Counted from the first letter of the stretch, positions 21,587 through 33,156 are shown. The stretch: DNA of 64,000 bases from Alkalispirochaeta sp. (GCA_965242725.1 CBDESZ010000018.1:64001-128000), one strand, 5' to 3'. Notes: generated from the letters alone by a model not told the origin. Program-made: numbers and translations.

Positions 21587-22831
21587 GTGGAGTACTGTGT
21601 ACTTGTACTCGCCGACGGCCGGACTTTTCAGGGCCGATCCTTTGGCGCGAGAGCTCAAACGGTAGATGAGATACTGCACGCGGTGCGGGACGCCGAGTGC
21701 GGTGAAAGGGAACCGGTCCTCGCCAGTATCGGTGAGGTCGTCTTCAACACCGCTATGTCAGGGTATGTTGAGGTCCTGACCGATCCCTCCTATACGGGAC
21801 AGATTGTCGCGATGACCTATCCCCATATGGGAAACTACGGAGTCTCATACGAGTGGGCCGAATCTGCGGGCTCCATGACGCCTGCCGCGTTTGTGACGAG
21901 AACCCTCTACGATGGCCCCGTACCGACGGGGCGGCTCTCCCTTGATGATGCGTTACGTGAGGCCGGGATACCGGGTATCACCGATGTGGATACACGGACG
22001 CTGACCCGTCTCATTCGCAATGAAGGAAGTCAGAACGGCGTTATCTGCCGTCCCGAGGGAGACTCAGCGTCGCTTTCAGAAGATGAAACGATCCGAATGG
22101 GCGAGATGCTGCGGTCCTTTCCCGCCATGGAAGGACGGGGGCTCATCGACTTCGTGGGGTCCACGGAACGGCAGGAACTGCCGCCCGTGTCCGTTCCCCC
22201 GGGAAATGTTTCCGGCGGTGACGTCGGAAGTTCGCCCCATCTCGTGCTGTATGACTGCGGAACGAAGACAAACATCATCCGTGAACTCCACGCCCTCGGG
22301 TGCCGTCTGACCCTTTTGCCCTCCAGGGCGACGGCGGCGGAGATCAGGGAGGTCGGCGCCGACGGCGTGCTCATCTCAAATGGTCCCGGCGATCCCGCCG
22401 TCCTGAAGCATCAGGTGGAGCAGACGCGCCAACTCATCGGAGAAATGCCGGTTCTGGGCATATGTCTCGGCCATCAGATCATCGCGGAAGCGGTAGGCGC
22501 CCGGACGGAGAAGATGAAGTTTGGCCACCACGGGGTCAACCATCCGGTGAGGGACTCCGAAACGGGACGCGTCTTTGTGACGAGCCAGAATCACGGCTTT
22601 ACGGTGGACGAAAAGACCCTTCCCGAAGGCGTGTCGGTCTGGTTCCGGAACGCTAACGACGGCACTGTCGAAGGGCTGTGGGACCGGGAACGGTCAATCA
22701 GAACAACCCAGTTTCACCCGGAAAGTGCGCCGGGTCCCACCGACAGCCGTTGGATATTCAGCGCCTTCCTTCAGACGGTTTCGGACTCCCCGGGACGCTC
22801 GCGTTCGATCTTGAAAAAAAAGGATAGATAA
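21587..22831 (+). CDS. carA: Carbamoyl-phosphate synthase small subunit
   Basis: [44 protein letters not shown] before the GTG. Confidence 0.96.
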   Translation: MEYCVLVLADGRTFQGRSFGARAQTVDEILHAVRDAECGEREPVLASIGEVVFNTAMSGYVEVLTDPSYTGQIVAMTYPHMGNYGVSYEWAESAGSMTPAAFVTRTLYDGPVPTGRLSLDDALREAGIPGITDVDTRTLTRLIRNEGSQNGVICRPEGDSASLSEDETIRMGEMLRSFPAMEGRGLIDFVGSTERQELPPVSVPPGNVSGGDVGSSPHLVLYDCGTKTNIIRELHALGCRLTLLPSRATAAEIREVGADGVLISNGPGDPAVLKHQVEQTRQLIGEMPVLGICLGHQIIAEAVGARTEKMKFGHHGVNHPVRDSETGRVFVTSQNHGFTVDEKTLPEGVSVWFRNANDGTVEGLWDRERSIRTTQFHPESAPGPTDSRWIFSAFLQTVSDSPGRSRSILKKKDR

Positions 22832-22833
22832 CA

Positions 22834-25800
22834 ATGCCGAAGCGAAATGATATCTCGTCGATTCTTCTCGTTGGGAGCGGTCCAATCGTGATCGGCCAGG
22901 CGTGTGAGTTTGACTATTCCGGAAATCAGGCGGTCAAGGCGTTGAAGGAAGAGGGGTACCGGGTCATTCTGGTGAACCCGAACCCCGCGACCGTCATGAC
23001 CACGCCGGGAACGGCGGACGCCATCTACATGGATCCCCTCGAGGTGGAATATGTAGAAAAAATCATACAACATGAGAAACCCGATGCGATACTGGCGACC
23101 ATGGGCGGGCAGACGGCGCTCAACCTCGCGATGGATCTGGCGGCGGCCGGTGTTTTTGAACGTCACGGCGTGGAGGTTATCGGTGCCTCCATTGAATCGA
23201 TACGGCTCGCCGAAGATCGCGGCGCCTTCAAGGAGCTGGTAGCCGACCTTGGTCTGGAAAGCCCCCGTTCCGCCCTCGTTACCAACGTGGAGGAGGCGAT
23301 GGCGGTGCGGGAGGAGTTTGGCCTTCCTCTTATCATCCGGCCCAGCTACACCCTCGGCGGCAAGGGCGGGAGTATCGCCTACACCGACGGTGAAGCCAGG
23401 GACGCCATCGTACGGGCGCTGACGGAGAGTCCCGTCCATACCGCCCTCATCGAGGAAAGCCTCATCGGATGGCAGGAGTTTGAGCTGGAGGTGATGCGGG
23501 ACAGCGCGGATAATGCGGTGGTTGTCTGTTCCATAGAGAACGTCGATCCCATGGGCATTCATACCGGCGACAGCATCACCGTTGCACCGGCGCAGACGCT
23601 TACCGACCGGGAGTATCAGCGCATGCGAAGCGCCTCCATCGATATTCTTCGCGGCGTCGGCGTAGACTGCGGCGGTTCCAACGTCCAGTTTGCCTTTAAC
23701 CCCGCCGACGGCCGGCTCATCGTCATTGAAATGAATCCCCGGGTGAGCCGCAGTTCCGCCCTGGCCAGCAAGGCGACGGGTTTCCCCATCGCCCGAATTT
23801 CGGCGCGCCTCGCCGTGGGCTACACCCTCGACGAGGTGGTGAACGACATTACCGGAAAGACCGTCTCCAGCTTTGAGCCCGCACTCGATTACGTGGCGGT
23901 GAAGGTTCCCCGCTTTGAGCTGGAAAAGTTTCCCGCAGGCTACGCCTCCCTGGGAACGCAAATGAAGTCGGTGGGGGAGTCCCTCGCCCTGGGACGCACC
24001 TTTCTTGAGGCGCTGAACAAGGCGATTCGCGCCGCCGAGTACGGGTACGACGGGTTGGAGGAGGTGGAGCCACCGAAGTCGCCACCGGTGGCGACGGAAG
24101 GGCGGGAAAGTCCGGGTACGCAAGGACCACCATCGGGCGACGAAGAGACGCTGTGGAAGATGGTAAACTCCCTCCATCCCCGCCGTATCTTTGCCGCGTA
24201 TTCGCTGATCCGGTCAGCGGTGCATGGTGAAGCTGTTGCCGACGGGAAGGGCAACGACGCCGACGGACGCGGTGCCGGTCATACCGGTATAGACACCAAA
24301 GTCGGTGTGCCCGGCACCGGCGGAGATCCTTCCGGCGCAGCCGGAACCGAAGGGGGGCTTCCTGTGGAGGTTCTCCGCCGTATCGGGGCGGGAAGCGGGT
24401 ACCATCCGTGGTTTCTCCATGAGCTGTCCCGTCTTGCCCGACTTGAAGAGGCGCTCTACGCGGCGGGAACCAAAGGGACATCAGGAAAAGGGACGGGAAG
24501 AGATGGGATCGCCGCGGTACTTCCGGCACACCTGCTTGCGGAAGCGAAACGGGCGGGACTTACCGACCGCCGAATCGCCCGGCTGGTGAACGGCGCAGTC
24601 GCGGCGGCGGACCAAAACGACGCGCCGCCGTTCAACGGTGCAATGGTGAAAAGCCGCCGTCGTGAACTGGGCATTCTGCCGGCCTACCATTTTGTCGATA
24701 CCTGTGCCGGCGAGTTTGAGGCCGAAACGCCCTATTTCTATTCGTCCTGGGGCGAAGAGGACGAAGGTGAACCCGCCGGAGAGGCGGGTGTTCTCATCGT
24801 CGGTTCCGGTCCCAATCGCATCGGCCAGGGGTTGGAGTTTGATACGTGCTGCACCCTCTCGTCGCTGGCCTTTCGTCGGGCGGGACGCATGACGGTCATG
24901 GTCAACTCCAATCCTGAAACGGTCTCCACCGACTTCAACATATCCGACCGCCTCTACATTGAACCTCTCACCGCGGAGGACGTCATTCATATAATGGAAA
25001 AGGAGGAGCTTCGGGATGTGGTCGTCCAGCTGGGAGGACAGACGCCCCTGAATATGGCGGCCGAACTTGAGACAGCGGGTGCGCGTATTGTGGGAACACC
25101 GTTGTCGGGTATTCTCGATGCGGAGGATCGGGAAAAGTTTTCCGGTCTCGTCGGGCAACTCGGCCTGAGGCAGCCGCAGAATCGCATGGCAGCCACCGTC
25201 GGGGAGGTGCGTCGGGCCGCCGAGGAGATCGGATACCCCGTCCTGCTGCGCCCGTCATTTGTCCTCGGCGGCCGCAGCATGACCGTGGCGTTTCAGCGGG
25301 ATGAACTGGACGCGTTTCTCGCGGCGGCTCCTGTGCTCTCGCCGGAACGGCCCATACTTGTCGACCAGTTTCTGGACGATGCGTTTGAATACGACGTGGA
25401 TGCGGTGAGCGACGGAGAACACGTCTATATCGGCGGGATCATGCAGCATATAGAGGCCGCGGGTGTCCATTCAGGCGACTCCGCGTGTGTCTTCCCGCCG
25501 TACAAGAGCGACGCCACGATTGAAGAAGAAATGGTAGCGGCGACGGCGAAAGTAGCCAGGGCGATCGGTGTGAAAGGTTTTTTGAATATCCAGTTCGCCG
25601 TTCGGTCGGGAAAGCTCTACATACTGGAGGTCAATCCCCGGGCGAGCCGTACCGTCCCTTTCGTTTCCAAGGCGTCCGGAGTGGATCTCGTCGCCGCCGC
25701 GGTCGGCGTATGGATGGGCCGGTCCCTGGTGGAACAGGGCCTTGTCGCCCGGGGAGACTTCGGCAGTGATGACCCGGTCGGTGTCGGTACCTGCGTCACC

Positions 25801-26346
25801 GGGTGGGCGGTCAAGGAGGCGATGTTCAGCTTTGATCGATTTTTCGGTCACGATCCCCTTCTGGGGCCGGAGATGCGCTCTACCGGAGAGGCGATCGGAA
25901 TCGGTGCGGACTTCGGCGAAGCATTTGCCAAGGCTACGATTGCAACGGGGACAACACTGCCTCGTCATGGGCGCGTCTTCGTTGCCGTCAATGACAACGA
26001 CAAGGCGACAATTCTTCCCATTGTACAGGAGCTTGTTCAAATGGGATTTACCGTGTGCGCAACGCGGGGGACGGCGGCGTTTCTCTTTGAACACGGCATC
26101 ATGGCGGAGGTGATCCTCAAGGTCCATGAAGGCCATCCGGACATTACCGATCACATCCGGTCCGGTAGAATTGACATGATGATCAACACGCCCCTTGGAC
26201 GCTTTACCCATCGCGACGACGGATATGTCCGCATCGAGGCGTTGCGCCATCGCATCCCCTATACGACGACAACCTCCGCCGCGTGGGCAGCTGTGGAAGC
26301 GATTCGCCATTTGCGGCGGGATGAAATCGTGCCGCGCCGACTGTAG
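22834..26346 (+). CDS. carB: Carbamoyl-phosphate synthase large subunit
   Basis: [54 protein letters not shown]-like C-terminus. Confidence 0.97.
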   Translation: MPKRNDISSILLVGSGPIVIGQACEFDYSGNQAVKALKEEGYRVILVNPNPATVMTTPGTADAIYMDPLEVEYVEKIIQHEKPDAILATMGGQTALNLAMDLAAAGVFERHGVEVIGASIESIRLAEDRGAFKELVADLGLESPRSALVTNVEEAMAVREEFGLPLIIRPSYTLGGKGGSIAYTDGEARDAIVRALTESPVHTALIEESLIGWQEFELEVMRDSADNAVVVCSIENVDPMGIHTGDSITVAPAQTLTDREYQRMRSASIDILRGVGVDCGGSNVQFAFNPADGRLIVIEMNPRVSRSSALASKATGFPIARISARLAVGYTLDEVVNDITGKTVSSFEPALDYVAVKVPRFELEKFPAGYASLGTQMKSVGESLALGRTFLEALNKAIRAAEYGYDGLEEVEPPKSPPVATEGRESPGTQGPPSGDEETLWKMVNSLHPRRIFAAYSLIRSAVHGEAVADGKGNDADGRGAGHTGIDTKVGVPGTGGDPSGAAGTEGGLPVEVLRRIGAGSGYHPWFLHELSRLARLEEALYAAGTKGTSGKGTGRDGIAAVLPAHLLAEAKRAGLTDRRIARLVNGAVAAADQNDAPPFNGAMVKSRRRELGILPAYHFVDTCAGEFEAETPYFYSSWGEEDEGEPAGEAGVLIVGSGPNRIGQGLEFDTCCTLSSLAFRRAGRMTVMVNSNPETVSTDFNISDRLYIEPLTAEDVIHIMEKEELRDVVVQLGGQTPLNMAAELETAGARIVGTPLSGILDAEDREKFSGLVGQLGLRQPQNRMAATVGEVRRAAEEIGYPVLLRPSFVLGGRSMTVAFQRDELDAFLAAAPVLSPERPILVDQFLDDAFEYDVDAVSDGEHVYIGGIMQHIEAAGVHSGDSACVFPPYKSDATIEEEMVAATAKVARAIGVKGFLNIQFAVRSGKLYILEVNPRASRTVPFVSKASGVDLVAAAVGVWMGRSLVEQGLVARGDFGSDDPVGVGTCVTGWAVKEAMFSFDRFFGHDPLLGPEMRSTGEAIGIGADFGEAFAKATIATGTTLPRHGRVFVAVNDNDKATILPIVQELVQMGFTVCATRGTAAFLFEHGIMAEVILKVHEGHPDITDHIRSGRIDMMINTPLGRFTHRDDGYVRIEALRHRIPYTTTTSAAWAAVEAIRHLRRDEIVPRRL

Positions 26347-26410
26347 CGCGTCAGGATGCGTCTGCTCGGGGACTTTTTTGATATTGAACGCGAGGCGTCA
26401 CATCGCGGCG

Positions 26411-27655
26411 CTACTCTTTCGTCTCGTCAAAGCCGAACTGGATGGTGATGATCCGGCTGTGACTCACCTGATTGACGGTAAACGTCCCCGTGGGGAGGCG
26501 AAATTCCCAGCCCACCGGCGGAATGTCACCGAACTCCTCGGTAAGGTACCCGCCGATCGTCTGGGCGTCGCCCTCAATCGGTAAATCGATATCGAGCAGG
26601 TCGTTGACCACATGAATGGGGGTATCGGCGATGATGACGTAGTCCCCGGCCGCCGTCTTTGTCACCGCTTTCGACTTTGCGATCTCATTTTCATCGTACA
26701 GTTCGCCCACAAACTCCTCAACCAGATCCTCGATCGTTAAAAGACCCGCCAGCCCGCCGTACTCATCGAGAACGATAGCCATGTTTGTATGTTCCCTCTG
26801 AAGGCGGGTGAGCATGTCGTGAATCGTGCGGCTTTCGGGAACGAATATCGGCTCGGTCATGATCCGTCCGATCGGTGTCTGAGGGTCGCCCTGGGTGACG
26901 AGTCTGACCACTTCACGGAGGAGAACGATTCCCACTATGTACTCGGGATCGTTGTTGTAAACGGGAATGCGGGAAAACCCCGAATCGAGAATGACGGGCA
27001 GCGCATTCCCCGCGGTTGTCCGTTTGTCGAGGCTGAAGATCTTGGTGCGGTGGGTCATGATCGCCTCAACACGCACTTCATGGGATCGAATCGCGTTCTT
27101 CACGATTGAGGCATGGAGCTTGTTCAATACGCCGGTGCGCCCGGCGTAGCGCGCAAGGTGGCGCAACCCCTCGGCGGTCACCTTCGGTCGCGGTTCCCCC
27201 CCGGTGAGCCTGGTGAGAAAGTTGCTTATCGTGCTGATAATGATGACAAACGGAAGAAAGACATAGGAGAGGATTTTCAGGGGGCGTGCGAGTGTTTTGG
27301 TGACGCTCTCGTTGTGGGCAATGCCGATCTGTTTCGGTGTCACCTCACTGACGACGAGAACCAGAATCGTCAGGATTGCCGTCGATGCGGTGAGCCACGC
27401 CTCTCCAAAGAGCTTGATCGTCCAGGCGGAGACGAGGGCCGACGCCGCGAGGTTGGCGAAGTTGTTGCCGATGGTGATGGTGGTGAGAACGGTATCGATT
27501 TCGTCATGGAGTGTTGCAACCAGCTTGCCCGTCCGCCCTCCCTTGCGGCGCAACTGTTCGATCTGCTCGAAAGAGAGGGAGGTAAAGGCAACTTCCGTAC
27601 CGGAGAACGCCGCGGAGAGAAGCAACAGGACGACGACGGCGGTAATTTCAAACAC
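26411..27655 (-). CDS. CNNM/CBS/CorC (hemolysin-like) transporter
   Basis: FSGTEVAF, TITIGNN, SEVTPK, FSRIPVY, DEYGGLAGLLTIEDLVEE. Confidence 0.93.
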   Translation of the reverse strand: MFEITAVVVLLLLSAAFSGTEVAFTSLSFEQIEQLRRKGGRTGKLVATLHDEIDTVLTTITIGNNFANLAASALVSAWTIKLFGEAWLTASTAILTILVLVVSEVTPKQIGIAHNESVTKTLARPLKILSYVFLPFVIIISTISNFLTRLTGGEPRPKVTAEGLRHLARYAGRTGVLNKLHASIVKNAIRSHEVRVEAIMTHRTKIFSLDKRTTAGNALPVILDSGFSRIPVYNNDPEYIVGIVLLREVVRLVTQGDPQTPIGRIMTEPIFVPESRTIHDMLTRLQREHTNMAIVLDEYGGLAGLLTIEDLVEEFVGELYDENEIAKSKAVTKTAAGDYVIIADTPIHVVNDLLDIDLPIEGDAQTIGGYLTEEFGDIPPVGWEFRLPTGTFTVNQVSHSRIITIQFGFDETKE

Positions 27656-27741
27656 GTCGGCACCGTATCGAGAATGTCCTTCTGCGATTCATGTCGCCCA
27701 GTTTACCACAGGCACCGGAGCCGTGAACACATCAGGGGCGA

Positions 27742-29358
27742 TCACCCCACCGGCTCGGTGAGGCTGTCCCGTTCTTCCGATACGACGTATACGTTGTAGT
27801 AATATTCCATCGCATCGATAAGGGCTTCCCATGACGCTTCAACGATATTTTCATGAACCCCCACGGTATCCCACGTCTGTTCGTGATCGGTGTACGTCAC
27901 AAAGACGCGAACCTTTGCGGCGGCTCCACTTTCGGGATTCAGCACCCGTACCCGGTAATCGGTGAGGGTGATGCGGTCGAGCCACGGACAGAGAGGGACG
28001 ATGGCGTCCCGCAGCGCATGGTCAAGGGTATCCACTGGGCCGACACAGACGGCGGCACCCATTACTTCCTGTTTCTCAAGCTGGAGAAAGATTCGTCCCA
28101 CCGTCTTTGACGGCGCGTCGGTCGTTTTATAGCTCTCCAGATGATAATTGCGAAGGTTGATGAGAGGACGGTAGACGTTCAGCGCCTTTCGCACGAGGAG
28201 ATCGAAACTCGCCTCCGCCGCCTCGTACTCATACCCGTCATTCTCTTTATGCTTGAGCATCGTCGTGAGCTCTTCAACCACCGGTGACGCCTTTGTGTAA
28301 TCGCCGTACTCACGCAGTTTTTCAACGACCGTAGACTTGCCCGCCAGCTCGGAGAGGACGATGTGACGCTCGTTTCCCACGAGGCGGCTGTCGATGTGTT
28401 CCATGAGATCCGCGGCCTTTCCGATGACGTCGGCGTGCTGACCCGCCTTGTGGCTGAACGCCGCGTCACCCACGTAGGGCTGACGGCGGTCGGGAATGAT
28501 ATTCGCTTTTTCCGCGACAAAGCGGGAGAGATGAGTCAGGTGATTCAGGCGGTCTTCGCAATTGGCGGCGTAGTCCGTCTTCAGGACGATATTGGGAATA
28601 AAGGTACACAGGTTGGCGTTGCCGCACCGTTCTCCCCAGCCGTTGATCGTCCCCTGTATCTGGATGCCGCCGTTGTCTATGGCGGTCATGCTGTTGGCGA
28701 CGGCAACACCGCAATCGTTGTGAAAATGGCCTCCCAACGGTGCGAGTAGCTCCTGTGGGAGGGCGGACATGATCGCTGCTACCTCATGGGGAAGGGTGCC
28801 GCCGTTGGTGTCACAGAGGACAAGACAGTCGGCGCCTCCGTCGCTCCCCGCCTGGAGAACGCGTCGGGCGTACTCGGCGTCATCCTTATAGCCGTCAAAG
28901 AAATGTTCGAGATCAAAGAAGACCTCCCGGCCCTGTGATTTCAGGAAGTGAACCGAATCGTAGATCATGCGCAGGTTCTCTTCCTCGTCGGTATGCAGCA
29001 CCTTTTCGACATGGGCTTTCCACGTCTTTCCCACAACGATAACGGTCGGGGTGTCCGCATCGAGGAGCGCCCTGATCATCGGGTCCCGTTCCGCTGAACC
29101 ACCCGCCTTCCGGGTCGATCCAAAGGCGACAACCCTGGCGTGCTGGAGGTTTTCTCGTTTCATTTGCTGAAAAAAGGCCGCTTCCTTTTCGTTGGAGAGG
29201 GGAAAGCCTCCTTCGATGTAGTCGATCTTCATCTCGTCCAGGGCGTGGGCAATCTTGATCTTGTCGTCCAGCGTGTAATTGACCTGCACCCCCTGCATAC
29301 CGTCCCGCAGCGTGGTGTCATACATTACCACTCGACGATCTCTGGAACCTGCTTTCAT
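27742..29358 (-). CDS. cimA: Citramalate synthase
   Basis: YDTTLRDGMQ, YIEGGFP, FGSTR, VGKTW, FDLEHFFDG, HFHND, GERCGN, ELAGKS, VEASW; AAGGAGG RBS. Confidence 0.92.
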   Translation of the reverse strand: MKAGSRDRRVVMYDTTLRDGMQGVQVNYTLDDKIKIAHALDEMKIDYIEGGFPLSNEKEAAFFQQMKRENLQHARVVAFGSTRKAGGSAERDPMIRALLDADTPTVIVVGKTWKAHVEKVLHTDEEENLRMIYDSVHFLKSQGREVFFDLEHFFDGYKDDAEYARRVLQAGSDGGADCLVLCDTNGGTLPHEVAAIMSALPQELLAPLGGHFHNDCGVAVANSMTAIDNGGIQIQGTINGWGERCGNANLCTFIPNIVLKTDYAANCEDRLNHLTHLSRFVAEKANIIPDRRQPYVGDAAFSHKAGQHADVIGKAADLMEHIDSRLVGNERHIVLSELAGKSTVVEKLREYGDYTKASPVVEELTTMLKHKENDGYEYEAAEASFDLLVRKALNVYRPLINLRNYHLESYKTTDAPSKTVGRIFLQLEKQEVMGAAVCVGPVDTLDHALRDAIVPLCPWLDRITLTDYRVRVLNPESGAAAKVRVFVTYTDHEQTWDTVGVHENIVEASWEALIDAMEYYYNVYVVSEERDSLTEPVG

Positions 29359-29383
29359 CACGGCCTCCTTCCGTTTCCGATAC

Positions 29384-29422
29384 AAAAAAAAAACCGCCCG
29401 CTCCGTGAGGGAGGGACGGCTT
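29384..29422 (-). terminator. Attenuator terminator upstream of cimA
   Basis: Minus strand AAGCCGTCCCTCC-CTCAC-GGAGCGGGCGG followed by 10 T, just upstream of the cimA RBS. Confidence 0.85.
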
Positions 29423-29443
29423 CATAGTCCAGATACCGGACGC

Positions 29444-29515
29444 TCATCCCTCCGCAGGTGTGATACCCTCAATAATCGCGGAAAGTATGATCGTCCAGCT
29501 CAGGATTTCCTGCAT
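29444..29515 (-). CDS. Ile-rich leader peptide of the cimA attenuator
   Basis: MQEILSWTIILSAIIEGITPAEG*: 6 Ile and 2 Leu in 23 codons, lying between a promoter and a terminator. Confidence 0.75.
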   Translation of the reverse strand: MQEILSWTIILSAIIEGITPAEG

Positions 29516-29521
29516 GCATTG

Positions 29522-29550
29522 AGTCTTGATGATATTTTCCGCCATGTCAA
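29522..29550 (-). promoter_or_regulatory. Sigma70-like promoter for the cimA leader
   Basis: TTGACA-N17-AAGACT, ending 6 nt before the leader ATG. Confidence 0.6.
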
Positions 29551-31319
29551 GTAAAAGGTATCGCTTTTCCGATATACTAAGTAACGTGATACATGAAAGC
29601 AGCCAGTTTGATAATCTTGCAGCGGAGCTCACCAACGAGGAACGACGCAAAATGCTCGCCAAAATACGGTCCTCCATGGAGAGTGAGGCGACGCCTATTT
29701 CGACGCCACTGGAGGCGGAGCCGCCGACCATCGAAACGCATATGCAGTCCCTTGGCTTTCTGGATCGGATCAGGCTTTTTCTCATTCAGATATTCACCGG
29801 ACGCAACACGGAGGAGGTCGTGCAGAGCTGGATCATGCGCTCTCTCACGGATACCCTCATCAAGAAGAAAATAGACGGCATCGACGGCAAGACACGTCAG
29901 TTTCGGGAAGCCTTCGCCGCCGACGTGGATCGTCTCAAAATCAAGGCCTCGGTGTTGGCCCCCAAAGTTGAAATCGCGTCGCGACGTCGCACGGAACTCG
30001 TACTCGGTCTCGCAATGCACCACTTTCCCGGAGTTCACCAGGAATTGATACGCAGAACCGGAGAATCTCACATCCGTTCCCTCAAGGAAGAGAGCGAACG
30101 ATATCTCAAACGTCAGCTTACCGACACATTTGAAGATCTCATGGCGGACATTCCATCGTCCAGTCGCGCCGCGATGACCAAGGCTCTCCATCAGGCCGAC
30201 GCCCTGCAGCGCCTGGCTACCTTCTCCTATGCCGGGATTCTCGGGAGCTTTGAGGGATACGGACAGGAGACCGGACGGCACTGCGCCTTCGACTATGTGA
30301 CAAGGGGTATCGAGCAGTTGCAGACGATATTTTCATCCCTTTCAGACCCCATAGATCTCTCCCTTTTGGAGACGCTGGTGATGCTCGAGCTGGACACGGA
30401 GGAGACGAGAAAAGATGAGCACCTCTTTCAGCAGACCCTTCGGGATGAGCTTGCGCAGATTATGGAAGTGCTGGGTGGATTCCGGCGTTTTACCGAGACC
30501 TATCCTCTCATTCTCATACTCAAGATCATCAAGGATGATCCATGGTGGTCTCCCCGGCCGGAACGGAGCGGTGAGGATTGGACAAAGATATATCGAACAT
30601 TCATTCTTGACCGTATTCACCGCATGGTTCTGCGGGTCTCCCTGGAGGGGACAATTCGCAAACAGCTTGTTCTGCTTCGGGATGTTGCGGAGGAACAGCC
30701 GATACCCATCGCCGGACTTCCCGACGGAACGGACGGGGTGTACAGCGTCTGCTGGTACCAGGGTTCGGCGATAAAGACGCTGACTGATAAACTCTACAGC
30801 CGGGTGCTCCCCAACCTGAGAATCGTCCTGACCGGGGGAGAGTTCTACAAGAGTTCAAACAGGGCACAGTTCAATGACGCCTACAACGAGTTTGAGAAAG
30901 TACCCGTCAAGATAAGGGAACTGGAAAAGAGTCTCCTTCCCGACGGCCCCTGGGGAGCGGTTCTGTGGGGAGAACACCTCATCGGGGAAAAGGATCGCAT
31001 GGCGCGACGGGTGGATCAGGATCTGTTCCGTGTCGTTGAAGGCGCGCGGACAACCGTCGAAATGCTCGTGAATGTCCTGGGCGGAATCCTCTACGCCCGG
31101 CCCGGAAGCCCCTATGATACGCTGGCAAACTACGGGCAACTGGGTGGAAGACGCAATGCAGAAGTGATCGAAGAGTTGAAGGAGACTCATACCCGCCTTC
31201 AGAACTTTGTGAGCATTCTCAAAGAGCTTGAAGTGGTGGAGACCCGGGCGAGGGAAAACGAGATTCCCCTGCAGACAAAGCTGCTGCGCTCGGGAAGAGA
31301 CGGTGGTGACGCGCCGTAA
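29544..31319 (+). CDS. Spirochaete conserved hypothetical protein (DUF5312-like)
   Basis: FDNLAAELTNEERRKMLAKI at the N-terminus and GEFYKSSNRAQFNDAYN; precedes argS. Start uncertain (GTG at 29586 possible). Family call from recall. Confidence 0.65.
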   Translation: MSSKRYRFSDILSNVIHESSQFDNLAAELTNEERRKMLAKIRSSMESEATPISTPLEAEPPTIETHMQSLGFLDRIRLFLIQIFTGRNTEEVVQSWIMRSLTDTLIKKKIDGIDGKTRQFREAFAADVDRLKIKASVLAPKVEIASRRRTELVLGLAMHHFPGVHQELIRRTGESHIRSLKEESERYLKRQLTDTFEDLMADIPSSSRAAMTKALHQADALQRLATFSYAGILGSFEGYGQETGRHCAFDYVTRGIEQLQTIFSSLSDPIDLSLLETLVMLELDTEETRKDEHLFQQTLRDELAQIMEVLGGFRRFTETYPLILILKIIKDDPWWSPRPERSGEDWTKIYRTFILDRIHRMVLRVSLEGTIRKQLVLLRDVAEEQPIPIAGLPDGTDGVYSVCWYQGSAIKTLTDKLYSRVLPNLRIVLTGGEFYKSSNRAQFNDAYNEFEKVPVKIRELEKSLLPDGPWGAVLWGEHLIGEKDRMARRVDQDLFRVVEGARTTVEMLVNVLGGILYARPGSPYDTLANYGQLGGRRNAEVIEELKETHTRLQNFVSILKELEVVETRARENEIPLQTKLLRSGRDGGDAP

Positions 31320-31343
31320 AAAATCGGCTATTCTGCCGCCCAT

Positions 31344-33080
31344 ATGAAATCGTACCGGAATATATGGAAACAACGGGTCCTTGAAACACTTGCCGCCGTC
31401 ATCGGTGGAGACAAGGATGAAATAGCATCAGCTCTGATCGCGGAAACACCGCCGTCGCTGGATAAAGGTGATATCGCATTTCCAATGTTTCCATTTGCCC
31501 GTATTGCAAAACAAAATCCCGCGCACATTGCCGCCCAGGTTGCGGCTGAACTCTCTGAAATCGCAGCCGGGGAGGGCGCGAACGTCGTGACTGCCGGCCC
31601 CTACGTGAATGTATTTCTCGATCGCGCCGTCGTGGCAGCGGAAGTCGTCAATGACGTACTCAGGGCGGGAAGCCGATACGGCGACGGTGACGCCATGCAG
31701 GGAACACGGGTCATGATCGAGTTCAGTTGCCCCAACACCAATAAGCCCCTCCACCTCGGGCATTTGCGCAACGACGTCCTCGGTGAAAGCACCGCCCGCA
31801 TCCTTTCCGCGGCGGGAGCGGAAGTACGCAAGGTAAACCTCATTAATGACCGGGGTATTCACATTTGCAAGTCCATGCTCGCCTACCAGACGTTCGGAGA
31901 AAACGCCACGCCTGAATCGACGGGTCAGAAGTCGGACCACTTTGTGGGCGACTATTACGTGCGGTACGCGCGATGGGAAAAGGAAGATGCCGGCGCGGAA
32001 GAAAAAGCGCGGAAACTTCTTCAGCAGTGGGAGAACGGTGACGAGGAAACTCACGAATTATGGCTCCGTATGAACCGCTGGGCCATCGAAGGGATCGAAG
32101 AGACCTATGCACGGACGGGCATTTCCTTTGACCACACATATTACGAGAGTGAAACGTACAGACTCGGCCGGGATGAAATTCACAAGGGACTTGAGGAGGG
32201 CGTTTTCTATCGCGACGAGAACGGCACCGTCTGGGTGGATCTCACCGACATCGACCTCGACAAAAAGGTTCTCCTCCGGGGGGACGGCACCTCTCTCTAT
32301 CTGACCCAGGACATCGGCACGGCGATACAGCGCCATGAGGATTGGCCCTTTGACCGTCTGATCTACGTCGTCGCAAGCGAACAGCGATATCACTTTCAGG
32401 TACTCTTTGAAGTGCTGAGAAGGCTGAAGAAGAGCTGGGCCGAAAACCTGTACCATCTCGCATACGGTATGGTGAATCTGCCCGACGGAAAGATGAAGTC
32501 ACGGGAAGGTACCGTGGTCGATGCGGACGACCTTATAGACAGGTTACAGGCGATGGCCGCGGAGGAAATTCACGCCAAGGGGCGGACCGACGCCGTCGGC
32601 GATGTGGCTGGTACTGCGGAAAAGATCGCCCTTTCGGCACTTCACTATTACCTTCTGCAAACCAGCCCGGTGAAGGACATGATCTTCAATCCCGAGGACT
32701 CCCTCTCCTTCACGGGAAATACCGGTCCGTATTTGCAGTATGTCGGAGCCCGGATAACGAGCATGCTACGGAAAGAACATGCCCCCGACGAGATAGAGGT
32801 CGCAGCCCCCGAAACCGACGACGAATGGCAGCTGATTCACCATCTCGCCGATTATCCCCGGGTGATCGAGGAGGCGGCGCGGACGTACAATCCCGCCCTC
32901 GTCGCCGGCGCGTTGTATGAAATCGCAAAAACCTTCTCCAGGTTCTATCACGATCACCCCATAGCCGTTGCGAAGGATCCGCGGATTCGAGGGCAGCGGC
33001 TCGCCCTTTCCGCGGCAATCGGCAATGTGATGCGACACGGCCTGACGGTGCTCAACATTCCGTTTCTCGAGCAGATGTGA
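31344..33080 (+). CDS. argS: Arginine--tRNA ligase
   Basis: EFSCPNTNKPLHLGHLRN, YESE, GKMKSREG, GNTGPYLQY. Confidence 0.97.
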   Translation: MKSYRNIWKQRVLETLAAVIGGDKDEIASALIAETPPSLDKGDIAFPMFPFARIAKQNPAHIAAQVAAELSEIAAGEGANVVTAGPYVNVFLDRAVVAAEVVNDVLRAGSRYGDGDAMQGTRVMIEFSCPNTNKPLHLGHLRNDVLGESTARILSAAGAEVRKVNLINDRGIHICKSMLAYQTFGENATPESTGQKSDHFVGDYYVRYARWEKEDAGAEEKARKLLQQWENGDEETHELWLRMNRWAIEGIEETYARTGISFDHTYYESETYRLGRDEIHKGLEEGVFYRDENGTVWVDLTDIDLDKKVLLRGDGTSLYLTQDIGTAIQRHEDWPFDRLIYVVASEQRYHFQVLFEVLRRLKKSWAENLYHLAYGMVNLPDGKMKSREGTVVDADDLIDRLQAMAAEEIHAKGRTDAVGDVAGTAEKIALSALHYYLLQTSPVKDMIFNPEDSLSFTGNTGPYLQYVGARITSMLRKEHAPDEIEVAAPETDDEWQLIHHLADYPRVIEEAARTYNPALVAGALYEIAKTFSRFYHDHPIAVAKDPRIRGQRLALSAAIGNVMRHGLTVLNIPFLEQM

Positions 33081-33087
33081 CGGCGGA

Positions 33088-33156
33088 GTCCTACCAATTG
33101 GTAGGACATATTGGAAGCATATCCTACATTTCTGTATTTCATACAAACAGGTAGCA
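33088..33156. promoter_or_regulatory. Palindromic putative activator sites upstream of gltB
   Basis: Perfect 20-bp palindrome GTCCTACCAATTGGTAGGAC (33088-33107) plus two degenerate TAC-N6-GTA copies (33122-33139, 33139-33156). Confidence 0.55.

Noticed and set aside
22811..22836. A_AAA_AAG slippery site at the end of carA suggesting a CarA-CarB fusion
   Set aside because: The -1 frame hits TAG (AAA GGA TAG) before the carB start.
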